A DNA stretch of 63,189 nucleotides, filler included. It is 7 parts of 7 records of this genome, joined end to end, with 100 filler letters (N's around TTAATTAATTAA, not from the genome) between each part and the next. Parts side by side here need not be neighbours in the genome. Positions count along the whole stretch, not along the records: positions 35,815 to 41,467 come from SRR22947727_152; positions 41,568 to 49,283 come from SRR22947727_158; positions 49,384 to 54,614 come from SRR22947727_173; 4 more parts are not named here. The stretch is one strand, 5' to 3'. Below the pieces are notes generated by a model, which was not told the origin of the DNA, made no database searches, and saw nothing but the letters and a program-made list of their open reading frames with translations. Positions 40,786 to 51,674 of the stretch are shown piece after piece. The translations under genes and the position numbers were made by a program. The first letter of the stretch is position 1. Every line of letters starts with the position of its first letter.

Positions 40786-41467
40786 TGGAAATTGAAGAAC
40801 TAAAAAATTTATTAGACGAATTTAGTGATAATATTAAATTCCAGTATGATCTTAAAAAGAAAAACTGGTTTAATATTGGAGGAAAGACAAAAGTTTTTTA
40901 TAAAGCTGAAAATTTAAAAGAATTAATAAATTTTTTAAAAAAATTAGACAATAAAGAAAAAGTTTTTATTATTGGTGCAGGTTCAAATACTTTAATACCT
41001 GATAAATTGTTTGAAGGGGTTGTTATAAAATTAAGTAAAAATTTCAGTAATATTTCTTTACTTAATGAAGATATAATAATTTCAGGAAGTGCTGTTTTAG
41101 ATAAAACTTTGTCAGAATTTGCATTGAAAAACAATTTGAGTGGATTTGAATTTCTTTCGTGCATCCCAGGTACTATAGGTGGTGGAATAAGAATGAATGC
41201 AGGATGTTTTGGTAGGGAATTTAAAGATATACTAATATCAGTGCAAGCAATTGATAAATCAGGAAATATGATAACAATTCCATCTAAAGACATTAAGTTT
41301 GAATATAGAAAAAATGATTTATCTGGTGACTTTATCTTTTTAAGTGCTTCTTTTAGAGGAAATAAAAGTGAGCATGCAAAAATCAAAAGCGAAATGCATA
41401 AACTGAAAAAAGAAAAAGAAATAAATCAACCAACTAAAATTAAAACAAGTGGAAGTACTTTTAAAAA
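40785..41467 (+). CDS. murB: UDP-N-acetylenolpyruvoylglucosamine reductase, truncated by contig end
   Basis: IGG, GAGSN, IPGTIGG..MNAG, YR, GSTFK; start moved to ATG at 40785. Confidence 0.95.
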
Positions 41468-41567
41468 NNNNNNNNNNNNNNNNNNNNNNNNNNNNNNNNN
41501 NNNNNNNNNNNTTAATTAATTAANNNNNNNNNNNNNNNNNNNNNNNNNNNNNNNNNNNNNNNNNNNN
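41468..41567. other. Artificial contig spacer
   Basis: 44 N + TTAATTAATTAA + 44 N. Confidence 0.99.
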
Positions 41568-41677
41568 ATTCTTTCTTTTAATAATCTTGAATAAATATCA
41601 TATGCCCTTTCTCCTTTACTGGTCTGTTCAACAACCATTGGAATGAGGCTATTAAGATGTTCTTCGATTCGACTCAT
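41568..41677 (-). CDS. clpP: ATP-dependent Clp protease proteolytic subunit, 5' fragment
   Basis: [36 protein letters not shown], downstream of tig. Confidence 0.95.
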
Positions 41678-41700
41678 AAGAAAATTTATATAATGTATGC

Positions 41701-43122
41701 TTACTTTTTACTAACTTTTTTTACTTTAGAACCTTTTTTAGTATCTTTTTTTTCTTTAACAACATCATCTTGATGATCGTGATTATGATCATGGTCATGA
41801 TTATGATCGTCTTCATATCTTGGTGAATTTTTTTCTGATTTATTAAATTCAGTTATAATTTTTTCAGCTTCTTTAATTGTAATCTCTTTATTATTAATTT
41901 TTATTTTTGATTTAAATAAATCTATTATTTTTTCTTCATACAAGGCTCCTTTTAAGCTTTGTGCAGCAGAAGGATTTTTTTGGTAATAATCGACTACCAT
42001 TTTTTCCTGACCTGGCATACCCTTGATTTGTTTTTGAATTTCAGCTTTGACATCATCATCAGATACTTTTAAATTATTTTTTTCACCATATTCATTCAAA
42101 ATCATTCCAAGTTTAATTCTGGATTCGGCGATTTTTGTATTTCTGTGTTTGTTTTTTTCAATTTCATCTTTTTTTAGATGATGAGTCATTAAATGTAATT
42201 CCTGCTCAACTAAATTTTTAGGTAATTCAATTTTATGAAGTTTTTCAATTTGATCTAAAATTTCTTTTTTTAAAATTGAATCAAGAGCTTGTTTGTATTG
42301 AGTTGAAATTTGTTTTTCTATTAAAGACTTTAGATCAGCTAAATCTTTTGCACCCATATTTTTCGCAAAATTGTCATCGACTTTTATTTCGTTTGGCTTT
42401 TGTACATTAATGATTTTACATTCAAATTTAGCTTTTTGATTTGCTAATTTTTTATCAGGATAATTTTCAGGTAAGTTGACTTCTATGGATAAACTATCGC
42501 CTTTTGAAACTCCTACTAACTTTTCATCAAAACCTTTTAAGAAAAGATCTTGGCCTATTACCAATCTTGTGTTTTTTCCTTCACTACCCTCAAATTTTTG
42601 ATTATTTACCAATGCATTATAATCAAAAATTACTAAATCACCTTTTGTAGATTTTTCATTTTTATCAGAGAATGTTTTATTGTTTTTGGCAATTTCTTCT
42701 ATTTTTTCATCCACTAATTTATTTTCTATCTTTAATGAAAATTGATTAATTGAATATTTACCAAAATCCGCAAGTTCAATTTTTGGTAATGAGTCAACTT
42801 CCAACGTGTAGTTTAAATCTTTTCCCTCACCAAAAGTTTTAAGATCAATTTTAGGTTGCCCAGCTGGTTTTATTTTTTTTTCCTCTAATGCTTTACTGGA
42901 ACTTTCTCTTAATATTTTATCAATAACTTCACCATAAATAGCTTTGCCAAATTGACTTTTAATAACATTGGGCGGTACTTTTCCTGGTCTAAAACCTTTA
43001 AGGCTTACTTCAGATTGCAGTTCTATTAATTTTTTATCAAGCTCTTCTTGTATAGTTTTTTTATCAATAATAATGGATAGTGTGGTTGTTAGACCTTTCT
43101 TATTTTGTATTTCAATTTTCAT
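41701..43122 (-). CDS. tig: Trigger factor
   Basis: GFRPGKVP ribosome-binding signature, FKBP-like domain; tRNA-Leu-tig-clpP synteny. Confidence 0.97.
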   Translation of the reverse strand: MKIEIQNKKGLTTTLSIIIDKKTIQEELDKKLIELQSEVSLKGFRPGKVPPNVIKSQFGKAIYGEVIDKILRESSSKALEEKKIKPAGQPKIDLKTFGEGKDLNYTLEVDSLPKIELADFGKYSINQFSLKIENKLVDEKIEEIAKNNKTFSDKNEKSTKGDLVIFDYNALVNNQKFEGSEGKNTRLVIGQDLFLKGFDEKLVGVSKGDSLSIEVNLPENYPDKKLANQKAKFECKIINVQKPNEIKVDDNFAKNMGAKDLADLKSLIEKQISTQYKQALDSILKKEILDQIEKLHKIELPKNLVEQELHLMTHHLKKDEIEKNKHRNTKIAESRIKLGMILNEYGEKNNLKVSDDDVKAEIQKQIKGMPGQEKMVVDYYQKNPSAAQSLKGALYEEKIIDLFKSKIKINNKEITIKEAEKIITEFNKSEKNSPRYEDDHNHDHDHNHDHQDDVVKEKKDTKKGSKVKKVSKK

Positions 43123-43131
43123 AAATTTTCT

Positions 43132-43216
43132 TGGTGGGCGAGAAGAGACTCGAACTCTTAAACCTTACGGTACTAGTTCCTAAGACTAGCGCGTATACCA
43201 ATTCCGCCACTCGCCC
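43132..43216 (-). tRNA. tRNA-Leu (anticodon TAG)
   Basis: GGGCGAG acceptor stem, TGGCGGAATTGGTATACGC D arm, CTAGT-CTTAGGA-ACTAG anticodon arm, long variable arm, GTTCGAG T loop, encoded CCA. Confidence 0.97.
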
Positions 43217-43249
43217 AACCCACATTTAAGTGACAGCTTATATAACAAA

Positions 43250-44308
43250 TTACTTTTTAGAGAAACTATAAAGTCTAAAATATACAAATGTGTAAAGAAT
43301 AATTAATAAAAAAAACCAATATCTACAAAATAATCCATTATTTTTAAAAAACTGTAAGGGAAGCATTAGAATTAGATAAGATAAATTAATAACAATTGAA
43401 GTTGTGTAATTTGAGTTTTTAATTTTTCTATTTTTAACCAACCAATTAAATAAAAGCATATGCAGATGTTTGTTGTCAGGTTTTAGTGGTGAGCGTCTTG
43501 AAATGGCTTTTCTAATAAATGAAAAAAAAACCTCATAGAATAAATAGGCCAAAATGGCTGCAAAAAAGAAAGGGCTAATTAAAAAATTTAGCTCGTAAGT
43601 TTTAATTGTATTTAAAGCTATTAACGAACCTATTAAATAAGATCCACTGTCACCCAAAAAGATTTTTGCCTTTGGAAAGTTAAAAAATAATATTGAAATT
43701 GCAATAATAATCTGAGTTAAAAGAATATTTGAAAAGTTGATATTTTGGCTAATCAAATTTATAAAATAATAAATTAGTGTTATTATTATAAAATGAGAAA
43801 TTAACAGACCATTAAAACCATCAATTAAATTTGATCCATTAATAATAAATAAAAAACATAACAATACAAAACATAATTGAAATATATTATTTTCCAGCCA
43901 AGAATTTAAAAATTCTAGTCCTGATCGATTTACTTCAATTGAAAATATATTAATAGAGAATACTAAAATCATTAGCATTATGATCAATCTATAATTTGGG
44001 GAAATTTTAACTTTTAAGTCATCTAAAAAACCTAATATGAAGAAAGATGATGCGATAAGAAAATAATCTATTAAAAAATAATCATAAATCTTAAAAAAAA
44101 TAAAAATAAAAATTAAAAATAAGAAGAAAAAAATTAATCCCCCAACTCTTGCTGTTGCCTGATGGTGAAATGCTTGTGGCTTTGAAAAATCTTTATCTAT
44201 CAACTGTCCTTTGAAAATTTTTTTAGAGATTCTTACAATTGAAAAAGAGAAGATAATACTAAATAAAAAAAATAAGAAAAAAAATTCATTACTTAAATTA
44301 AAAGACAT
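43250..44308 (-). CDS. wecA: Polyprenyl-phosphate GlcNAc-1-phosphate transferase (WecA/TagO, MraY-like family)
   Basis: RVGG, GFLDD, NLIDGFNGL, FNFP.AKIFLGDSG, PD..HLH. Confidence 0.85.
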   Translation of the reverse strand: MSFNLSNEFFFLFFLFSIIFSFSIVRISKKIFKGQLIDKDFSKPQAFHHQATARVGGLIFFFLFLIFIFIFFKIYDYFLIDYFLIASSFFILGFLDDLKVKISPNYRLIIMLMILVFSINIFSIEVNRSGLEFLNSWLENNIFQLCFVLLCFLFIINGSNLIDGFNGLLISHFIIITLIYYFINLISQNINFSNILLTQIIIAISILFFNFPKAKIFLGDSGSYLIGSLIALNTIKTYELNFLISPFFFAAILAYLFYEVFFSFIRKAISRRSPLKPDNKHLHMLLFNWLVKNRKIKNSNYTTSIVINLSYLILMLPLQFFKNNGLFCRYWFFLLIILYTFVYFRLYSFSKK

Positions 44309-44315
44309 TTTTTAA

Positions 44316-45194
44316 TTATTTGTTATTTTTTTTTGCAATGTAAATACCTGTAATAATTATTATAAGAGAAACTAATACTTTCCAAGTAATTTGCTCTTTC
44401 ATAATTAATGCTCCAAATATTACCCCGAAGATTGGAATTAAATAAGCTACCTGGGTTTGAAATACTAATCCATTTTTAGCCAAAATTTTAAATCTCAACC
44501 ACCAAGCAAAACCTGTAGCCACAACACCTAGATAGATAAGTGAAAAAGTAGAAATTAGAGATGGATTTGAATTAAGTGGATGTTCAAAAATAAAAGACAT
44601 CGGTAATAAAAAAATTACAGACCATATTAAAGTTGATGTTGTAACGTTCATATTGCCTGCCTCTTTTAAATTTTTTAAAATGATTATTCCAGCTATTGAA
44701 TAAAAAGTAGAGCCAAGTAAAATAATTAATACAAAAAAAATATTATTTGAGTTAACTATAATTTTATCAAAGAATAATAATAGGATACCTGAAAACCCAA
44801 GTAGAATACCTAGAGACTTCAAAAAAGTAATTTTTTCATTTTTTGTAAAAAAGTGAGCTAGTATAGATCCAGATATAGGTGTAGTGCTCATAAGTATTGC
44901 AGCCAAATAACTATCAACCTTGTTTGTTCCAACAGCTATTAATGAAAATGGAATGGTTATATTACATAAACTTACAACGGCATAAATTTTCCATTTATTT
45001 GAAAATGCATAAATTTTTATTTTATAAAAATAACAAACCAACAGCATTGTAAGTGTGGCTAAAACCACCCTTACCAAAGCAAGTGTAAATGGTTCATAGC
45101 TGTGCGTAGCAATTTTTATGTTAAAAAAAGAAGATCCCCAAATTGCTCCAAGCAGAAGTAATAATAATACATCTATGGTTTGAGCTTGTTTCAT
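44316..45194 (-). CDS. EamA/DMT family transporter
   Basis: IWGSSF, two EamA repeats, YLIPIFGV..G...E. Confidence 0.92.
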   Translation of the reverse strand: MKQAQTIDVLLLLLLGAIWGSSFFNIKIATHSYEPFTLALVRVVLATLTMLLVCYFYKIKIYAFSNKWKIYAVVSLCNITIPFSLIAVGTNKVDSYLAAILMSTTPISGSILAHFFTKNEKITFLKSLGILLGFSGILLLFFDKIIVNSNNIFFVLIILLGSTFYSIAGIIILKNLKEAGNMNVTTSTLIWSVIFLLPMSFIFEHPLNSNPSLISTFSLIYLGVVATGFAWWLRFKILAKNGLVFQTQVAYLIPIFGVIFGALIMKEQITWKVLVSLIIIITGIYIAKKNNK

Positions 45195-45316
45195 TTCAAT
45201 TCTAGATTGTATCTATGTGTTATCTGCATAACTGTTATTGTTTAAATAATAATGTCGAATTTCAAATTTCTGCTATGTTAAACACGTTTTTAAAAAATTT
45301 TACAAAGGAATAATAA

Positions 45317-46723
45317 ATGAGCTCTAAAAATATTTTAAAGTTAATGAAAGATAAAGAAATTGAGTTTGTGGATTTTAGATTTACAGACCCTCGAGGAAAA
45401 CTTCAGCATTTAACAATGGACGCAACTATTGTAGATGACGAAATGTTAGAAGAAGGTGTTTTTTTTGATGGCTCATCAATAGCTGGTTGGAAAGCTATAA
45501 ATGAATCGGACATGATCTTAAAGCCAGATTTAGCAAGACCAATAGTTGATCCTTTTAATTCACATAATACTTTAAATATATTTTGTGACATTTTAGATGC
45601 CGTAAAAAAAGAGTCTTATGAAAGAGACCCTAGAGGTACAGCAAAAAAAGCAGAAAATTATTTAAAAAAATCTGGTGTAGGAGACAAGGCATACTTTGGT
45701 CCTGAACCTGAATTTTTTACTTTTGATGATGTGAGGTTTGAAAATAAAATGAACTCTAGTAGTTTTATAATTGATAGCTCGGAAGGTCCATATAACACCG
45801 GTAAAATATATGAAAATGGAAATATGGGACATCGACCGGGTATTAAAGGTGGGTATTTTCCAGTCCCTCCAGTTGATAGTGCTCAAGATATGAGAGCCGA
45901 AATGTTAAAAGCTCTTAAAGATATGGGGATTAAAGTTGAGAAACACCATCATGAAGTAGCTCCGAGTCAGCATGAATTGGGAATGTATTTTGGAACTTTA
46001 ACTGATCAGGCTGACAATGTTCAGTTATATAAATATGCTGTGCAAATGGTTTCTCATTCTTTTGGAAAAACTTCTACATTTATGGCAAAACCAATTAAAG
46101 GAGATAATGGTTCAGGTATGCACGTTCATCAATCTATATGGAAAGGAAATACTCCAGTTTTTATGGGCGATAAGTATGCTGGTTTATCTCAACAAGCACT
46201 TTATTATATTGGAGGAATTTTAAAGCATGCAAAAGCAATAAATGCATTTACAAATTCCACAACTAATAGTTATAAAAGATTAATTCCAGGCTTCGAAGCG
46301 CCAGTAATGCTTGCTTACTCTGCTAGAAACAGATCGGCTTCTTGCAGAATACCAATTATTATGAATAAAAAAGCTGCAAGATGTGAAATCAGATTCCCTG
46401 ATGCAGCAGGAAATCCTTATTTAGGTTTCGCTGCAATGCTAATGGCAGGCTTAGATGGAATAAAAAATAAAATTGATCCAGGTAAATCTATGGATCAAGA
46501 TTTATATCATTTATCTGATAGTGAATTGAAAAAAATTCCGCAAGTGTGCGGGTCTTTGAGAGAAGCTATGGAAAACCTCGACAAAGATCGATCGTTTTTG
46601 ACTCAAGGCGGAGTTTTTACTGATGATCAAATTGATGGTTACATTTCATTAAAATTTGAGGAAATTTATAAATTAGAACATACTCCTCATCCAATTGAAT
46701 ACGAAATGTATTACAGCCAATAA
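45317..46723 (+). CDS. glnA: Glutamine synthetase type I
   Basis: [49 protein letters not shown]. Confidence 0.98.
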   Translation: MSSKNILKLMKDKEIEFVDFRFTDPRGKLQHLTMDATIVDDEMLEEGVFFDGSSIAGWKAINESDMILKPDLARPIVDPFNSHNTLNIFCDILDAVKKESYERDPRGTAKKAENYLKKSGVGDKAYFGPEPEFFTFDDVRFENKMNSSSFIIDSSEGPYNTGKIYENGNMGHRPGIKGGYFPVPPVDSAQDMRAEMLKALKDMGIKVEKHHHEVAPSQHELGMYFGTLTDQADNVQLYKYAVQMVSHSFGKTSTFMAKPIKGDNGSGMHVHQSIWKGNTPVFMGDKYAGLSQQALYYIGGILKHAKAINAFTNSTTNSYKRLIPGFEAPVMLAYSARNRSASCRIPIIMNKKAARCEIRFPDAAGNPYLGFAAMLMAGLDGIKNKIDPGKSMDQDLYHLSDSELKKIPQVCGSLREAMENLDKDRSFLTQGGVFTDDQIDGYISLKFEEIYKLEHTPHPIEYEMYYSQ

Positions 46724-46734
46724 TTAAATTATTA

Positions 46735-46757
46735 AGCCCATCTGAATAAGGTGGGCT
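46735..46757. terminator. Probable bidirectional intrinsic terminator hairpin
   Basis: AGCCCATCT-GAATA-AGGTGGGCT GC-rich stem between convergent glnA and sufA; U-tails are weak. Confidence 0.65.
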
Positions 46758-46766
46758 ACAAATTAG

Positions 46767-47099
46767 TTAAACTTTAAAAGACTCTCCACACCCACAACGT
46801 TCCGTTTCATTAGGATTTTTAAATACAAACTGAGAAGAAAATTTTTCTTGCTTGTAATCCATTTCAGTTCCTAGAAGATAAATTATTGCACTTGGATCAA
46901 TTAATACTTTAACCCCTTTATCTTCAATAATTTCCTCATTAGGCCTAGGTTCTTTTGCATATTCCATAATATATGACATACCTGCACAACCACCAGACTG
47001 AACGCCGATTCTAACTCCAATAGTTTTTTCATCAGCTTTTGACATTATTTCTTTTATTCTGTTAGCAGCGTTATCGCTAAGTTTGATTATTTGCGTCAT
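46767..47099 (-). CDS. sufA: A-type Fe-S carrier (HesB/IscA/SufA)
   Basis: GGCAGMSY and CGCGESF. Confidence 0.92.
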   Translation of the reverse strand: MTQIIKLSDNAANRIKEIMSKADEKTIGVRIGVQSGGCAGMSYIMEYAKEPRPNEEIIEDKGVKVLIDPSAIIYLLGTEMDYKQEKFSSQFVFKNPNETERCGCGESFKV

Positions 47100-47401
47100 A
47101 AATTTAATTCTAATTTTGCAGCTTCAGACATCATATCTTTTGTCCAAGGAGGACTCCAAACTAATTTTAAGTCTACTTCATCAATTCCTTCAACTTTTAA
47201 AACATTTTCTTTAACGTTATTAGGTAAGCTCTCTGCAACAGGACAATTAGGGCTTGTTAGAGTCATCTCTATATCTGCTTTTTTGTTTTTTTCATCAAAT
47301 TCTATTTTATATATAAGGCCTAACTCATAGATATTTACTGGAATTTCAGGATCATAAATTTTTTTTATTTCTTCAATAATTTTATTTTTTAACTCAGACA
47401 T
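47096..47401 (-). CDS. sufT: DUF59 Fe-S assembly protein
   Basis: DPEIPVNIYELGLIY, TLTSPNCP, PPW..MSE. Confidence 0.92.
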   Translation of the reverse strand: MSELKNKIIEEIKKIYDPEIPVNIYELGLIYKIEFDEKNKKADIEMTLTSPNCPVAESLPNNVKENVLKVEGIDEVDLKLVWSPPWTKDMMSEAAKLELNL

Positions 47402-47403
47402 AA

Positions 47404-47847
47404 TTAATTTTTTTTATTTAAAGCTGACAAAAATGTATGCCATACCATTGTCGCACATTTTACCCTCATTGGAAATTCTTGTACACCCGCCAAAGAACTT
47501 ATTGTTGTTATTTGATCTTCGGTGAGACTATTAATTGTTATTTTCTCTTTGTTTTTAATCATACCAAGAATTTCTTCAGAAATTTTTTTTGTTAAATTTA
47601 AATCTTTACCTTTTAAAATTTCTGTAAGAATAGATGCAGATGCTAGAGAAATTGCGCAGCCCTCACCTTCAAAACTTATATCAACTAATTTTTTATTTTT
47701 ATCTAAATTCAAATAAATATGAACTTTATCACCGCAAAGGGGATTGTGTGCTTGAGCATCAAAATTATAATTTGAACAGACTCCTTTATTTCGAGGATTT
47801 TTTCCGTGATCTAAAATAATTTCTTGGTATAGCTCTTTTAATTCCAT
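47404..47847 (-). CDS. sufU: SUF-system NifU-like protein
   Basis: LYQEIILDH.KNPRN, NPLCGD, GCAIS.AS, RVKCA. Confidence 0.92.
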   Translation of the reverse strand: MELKELYQEIILDHGKNPRNKGVCSNYNFDAQAHNPLCGDKVHIYLNLDKNKKLVDISFEGEGCAISLASASILTEILKGKDLNLTKKISEEILGMIKNKEKITINSLTEDQITTISSLAGVQEFPMRVKCATMVWHTFLSALNKKN

Positions 47848-49065
47848 TTATATTTGAAATACTTTCTTGCAATGATCTATTGCCTTACATAAAATATCAA
47901 TATCTTCCTTGGTATTGTAGACTCCAATTGAAGCTCTTGTTGTTGCAGGTAATCCTAATTTTTCATGTAATACTTGACAACAATGATGCCCTGCTCTTAC
48001 TGCTACACCTTCATCATCCAAAATTGTTGCAATGTCGTGAGGATGAATACCTTTAATTGTAAAACATAATACAGACCCTCTTTCTTTTGGTTCTCCAATT
48101 ATATTAATTGAATTCTTTTTTTTTAATTGTTCTATTCCATATTCTAAAATTTTATTTTCATGATATAAAATATTTTTCATTCCAATTTTTTCTATAAAAT
48201 TAATTGACTCACTAAATGCTACAACTTCTGCTGTTTGCATAGTTCCTGCCTCGAACTTAGTTGGAGTATCAGCATAACTAATTGAGTCTTTATAAACTTC
48301 ATTAATCATACCTCCGCCTCCCTGATATGGGGGTAAAAGATCTAGCCATTTTTTTTTTGCATATAATATTCCTAAACCATTAGGTCCATACATTTTGTGA
48401 CAAGATATTGCATAAAAGTCACAACCCAAATCTTGCATATCAAGGGTTAGGTGCGGTGCTCCTTGGGTACCGTCTATTAATACAGGAATATTTCTTTCTT
48501 GAGCAATATCTACAATTTTTTTTATAGGTGTAATTGCTCCAGTAACGTTAGAGATATGGGTTATGGCGATAATTTTGGTTTTATTACTAATATTTTTTTT
48601 TATTTCATCTATTTCAACTTCGCCATTAAGATTTACTTCAGCAAATTTAATTTTAGCACCTTTTTCTTGTCTAATAAAATGCCAAGGTACGTAATTAGAA
48701 TGGTGTTCTAATTCTGTAATCAATATCTCATCTCCTGAATTTATAAATTTCTTGCCAAAACTTGATGCAACTAAATTTATTGCTTCCGTAGCACCTTTTG
48801 TAAAAATAATTTCTTCTCTATGTTTTGCATTTAAATATTTTTGAACTCGATCACGTGTATTCTCAAATCTATTGGTAGCTTTAACTGCTAAAGAATGAAC
48901 GCTTCTACCAACATTAGAAAATTCTGTTTCATAAAAACTTGAAATTCTATCAATAACAGATTTTGGCTTTTGAGAAGAGTTAGCACTATCAAGATAGACT
49001 AATGGTTTTCCATTAATTTTTTGTTTAAATATTGGAAACTTTTTTTTAATATTTTCAATTTCCAT
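47848..49065 (-). CDS. sufS: Cysteine desulfurase
   Basis: YLDSA.SSQKP, EHHSN, HKMYGP, RAGHHC. Confidence 0.96.
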   Translation of the reverse strand: MEIENIKKKFPIFKQKINGKPLVYLDSANSSQKPKSVIDRISSFYETEFSNVGRSVHSLAVKATNRFENTRDRVQKYLNAKHREEIIFTKGATEAINLVASSFGKKFINSGDEILITELEHHSNYVPWHFIRQEKGAKIKFAEVNLNGEVEIDEIKKNISNKTKIIAITHISNVTGAITPIKKIVDIAQERNIPVLIDGTQGAPHLTLDMQDLGCDFYAISCHKMYGPNGLGILYAKKKWLDLLPPYQGGGGMINEVYKDSISYADTPTKFEAGTMQTAEVVAFSESINFIEKIGMKNILYHENKILEYGIEQLKKKNSINIIGEPKERGSVLCFTIKGIHPHDIATILDDEGVAVRAGHHCCQVLHEKLGLPATTRASIGVYNTKEDIDILCKAIDHCKKVFQI

Positions 49066-49283
49066 TAACTTGCCTTTCTAAATTTTCCTCAAATAACATT
49101 TTAATTTCCTGATTTTTTACTTTTTCCAAAACATCGGCTAAAAAACCTTTAATCAAAAGTTTTTTTGCATCTATCTCTGAAATGCCCCTAGTCATCAAAT
49201 AATAAATAGAATTTTCATCAATACTTCCAGAAGTAGAGCCGTGTGAACATTTAACATCGTCAGCATAAATTTCTAATTCTGGT
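49055..49283 (-). CDS. sufD: Fe-S assembly protein SufD, 3' end
   Basis: PELEIYADDVKCSHGSTSG.ID...YYLMTRGI to TGA at 49055-49057. Confidence 0.93.
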
Positions 49284-49383
49284 NNNNNNNNNNNNNNNNN
49301 NNNNNNNNNNNNNNNNNNNNNNNNNNNTTAATTAATTAANNNNNNNNNNNNNNNNNNNNNNNNNNNNNNNNNNNNNNNNNNNN
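49284..49383. other. Artificial contig spacer
   Basis: 44 N + TTAATTAATTAA + 44 N. Confidence 0.99.
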
Positions 49384-49748
49384 CCATAAATTCTTTTTGT
49401 TTCTTCAGCATTCCACTCAAATATATCAGCTGCACCACCTGCTTCTCCAATTCCTTCTGCTAATGGTTTTCCAACTTCTAAGGTCATCCATTTAGCTAAA
49501 ACATCTTGCTTGTCTCTAATTTTATCAGCAATTCTTCTGATAATATAAGATCTTTGCCATGGAGCAGTATCTCTCCAAATTTTCAAACCTTTTTCTGCAG
49601 ATTTTAAAGCTTTTTGAACATCTTCACGGCTAGCTTTAGATGCTTTACCTAACACTTCTTCTGTAGCAGGATTTATTACGTCGTAAGTTTCATTATTTGA
49701 TGATGCTTGCCACTTGCCGTCGATGAATTGTCCAAATTTATTATACAT
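49384..49748 (-). CDS. NAD-dependent aldehyde dehydrogenase (succinate/ketoglutarate semialdehyde DH-like), 5' fragment
   Basis: FIDGKW, VINPATEE, TLEVGKPLAE, EWNAEETKRIY. Confidence 0.88.
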
Positions 49749-49821
49749 ATTTATTTATAAGGTTTACTTAGTATGGTTAATTATTTTATAAGTATTTATA
49801 TATATATAAAGATAAATTAAA

Positions 49822-51666
49822 ATGAAAAAAATTACTCTTACATGTGCACATGCAATTATTAAATACTTAATTGCTCAAAAAATATTAATCGATGGTAAAA
49901 AAGAAGCTTTGTTTCCTGGTGTATTTGGAATTTTTGGACATGGAAATGTTGCATGTTTAGGTCAAGCATTAGAAGAAAATCAGAAAGACCTTCCAACATA
50001 TAGAGGTCACCATGAACAAAATATGGCTTTAACAGGTATAGGCTATGCTAGAGCAAAAAGAAGACAACAAATTTTTATAGCTACATCATCTGTTGGACCA
50101 GGTGCAACAAACATGATTACAGCAGCAGGAGTTGCTATGAGCAATAGACTTCCTATATTATTTTTACCAGGAGATACATATGCTAATAGATTGCCAGATC
50201 CTGTGTTACAACAAGTGGAGCATTTTAATAACCCTAACGTTACAGCAAATGATGCTTTTAAACCAGTAACAAGGTACTTTGATAGAATAACCAGACCAGA
50301 GCAAATAATTCAATCTTTTCCTGCAGCAGTTCAAACCATGTTAGATCCTGCGGACTGTGGTCCAGCATGTATCTCTCTAAGTCAGGATATTCAAGGACAA
50401 ATTTTTGATTATCCAGAAGATTTTTTCAAAGAAAAAATTCATTTAATTAGAAGACCTAGACCTGATGAGTTTCAAATTAAAGAGGCAGCAGAAAAGATTA
50501 AATCATCAAAAAAACCAATACTTATTTCGGGTGGAGGAGTTTTTTACTCTGATGCTATGGATGCTTTAAGCAAGTTTGCAATTAAACATAATATTCCGGT
50601 TGCTCAAACAGTTATGGGTTATTCTACAATGAAAAGAGATCACTCACACTATGCTGGCCAAATAGGTGGATTGGGTGGAAAAAACACAAATACGCTAGCA
50701 AAACAAACAGATCTTGCAATAGCGGTTGGAACTAAACTTGCAGACTTTACTACAGGATCTTGGGCAAACTTTGAAAATAATGATTTTAAACTTGTTTCAA
50801 TTAATGTTTCAAGATTTGATGCAAATAAACATTTAGCTCAAGCAGTTGTTGGAGATGCAAGAGCCTCCTTAGATGAATTATCAGCTGTCTTAGGTGAGTG
50901 GAAAGCACCTGATGAGTGGAATAATAAATCTCAAGCTGAACTTAAATCCTGGAATGAACATGTAGACAAAGAAAGTGCTCCAACTAATCAAGAAGTACCT
51001 AGCTATGTTCAAGTTGTTGGTGCTGTATATAGAAATTCTGATCCATCAGATATTGCAGTTACAGCTGCAGGAGGTTTAGTTGGAGAAGTTATACAAGTCT
51101 GGAGACCAAGAGAGTTAAATACCCATGAAACTGAGTGGGGCTTTAGTTGTATGAGTTATGAAATATCTGGTGCACTTGGTATTAAGATGGCAAATCCAGA
51201 TAAAGAAGTAATTTCTTTTATTGGAGATGGTTCATACTTGTTAAACAATTCAGATATTTACTCTTCAGTCATCACTAAGAATAAACTTATTATAATTGTT
51301 TGTGATAACGGTGGTTTTGCTGTGATTAATAGACTTCAATTATTTAAAGGTGGTAAAGAGTTTAATAATTTACTTAAAAGTTCAAACACACCTGGTTTAG
51401 TCGGAGTTAATTTTGCCAAACATGCTGAAAGTATGGGTGCTAAATCAGAAGAGGTAAGTTCAATTTCCGATTTAGAAGAAGCCTTTAAAAGAGCAAAAAA
51501 ATCAGATGTCACTTATGTGATTTCAATTAAAACACAACCGTATCAGTGGTTAGAAGGATCATCTTTTTGGGATAGCCCAACTTTAGAAATTCCTACTACA
51601 GAGGAGAATAAAGAAGCTTTGAAACTTTATAAAGAAGGCAAATCTAAACAAAGACAAGGTGTTTAG
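49822..51666 (+). CDS. iolD: 3D-(3,5/4)-trihydroxycyclohexane-1,2-dione acylhydrolase
   Basis: GIFGHGNV, PDPVLQQVEH, RYFDRITRPEQ, DPADCGP, EWGFSCM.YEI, GDGSY..N, INRLQ. Confidence 0.95.
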   Translation: MKKITLTCAHAIIKYLIAQKILIDGKKEALFPGVFGIFGHGNVACLGQALEENQKDLPTYRGHHEQNMALTGIGYARAKRRQQIFIATSSVGPGATNMITAAGVAMSNRLPILFLPGDTYANRLPDPVLQQVEHFNNPNVTANDAFKPVTRYFDRITRPEQIIQSFPAAVQTMLDPADCGPACISLSQDIQGQIFDYPEDFFKEKIHLIRRPRPDEFQIKEAAEKIKSSKKPILISGGGVFYSDAMDALSKFAIKHNIPVAQTVMGYSTMKRDHSHYAGQIGGLGGKNTNTLAKQTDLAIAVGTKLADFTTGSWANFENNDFKLVSINVSRFDANKHLAQAVVGDARASLDELSAVLGEWKAPDEWNNKSQAELKSWNEHVDKESAPTNQEVPSYVQVVGAVYRNSDPSDIAVTAAGGLVGEVIQVWRPRELNTHETEWGFSCMSYEISGALGIKMANPDKEVISFIGDGSYLLNNSDIYSSVITKNKLIIIVCDNGGFAVINRLQLFKGGKEFNNLLKSSNTPGLVGVNFAKHAESMGAKSEEVSSISDLEEAFKRAKKSDVTYVISIKTQPYQWLEGSSFWDSPTLEIPTTEENKEALKLYKEGKSKQRQGV

Positions 51667-51674
51667 ATAGTTTT

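Noticed and set aside
40898-41386. 162-aa minus-strand ORF and the other short overlapping ORFs in the track (e.g. 2743-2958, 42968-43183, 55145-55423)
   Set aside because: Antisense or alternate-frame shadows of well-supported genes with no recognisable motifs
43132-43216. tRNA-Leu as an occupied phage or island attachment site
   Set aside because: No integrase and no duplicated tRNA 3' end seen; tig follows immediately
49795-49810. TTTATATATATATAAA palindrome upstream of iolD, and AT-only hairpin at 17482-17500
   Set aside because: Pure A/T symmetry is expected by chance at this composition
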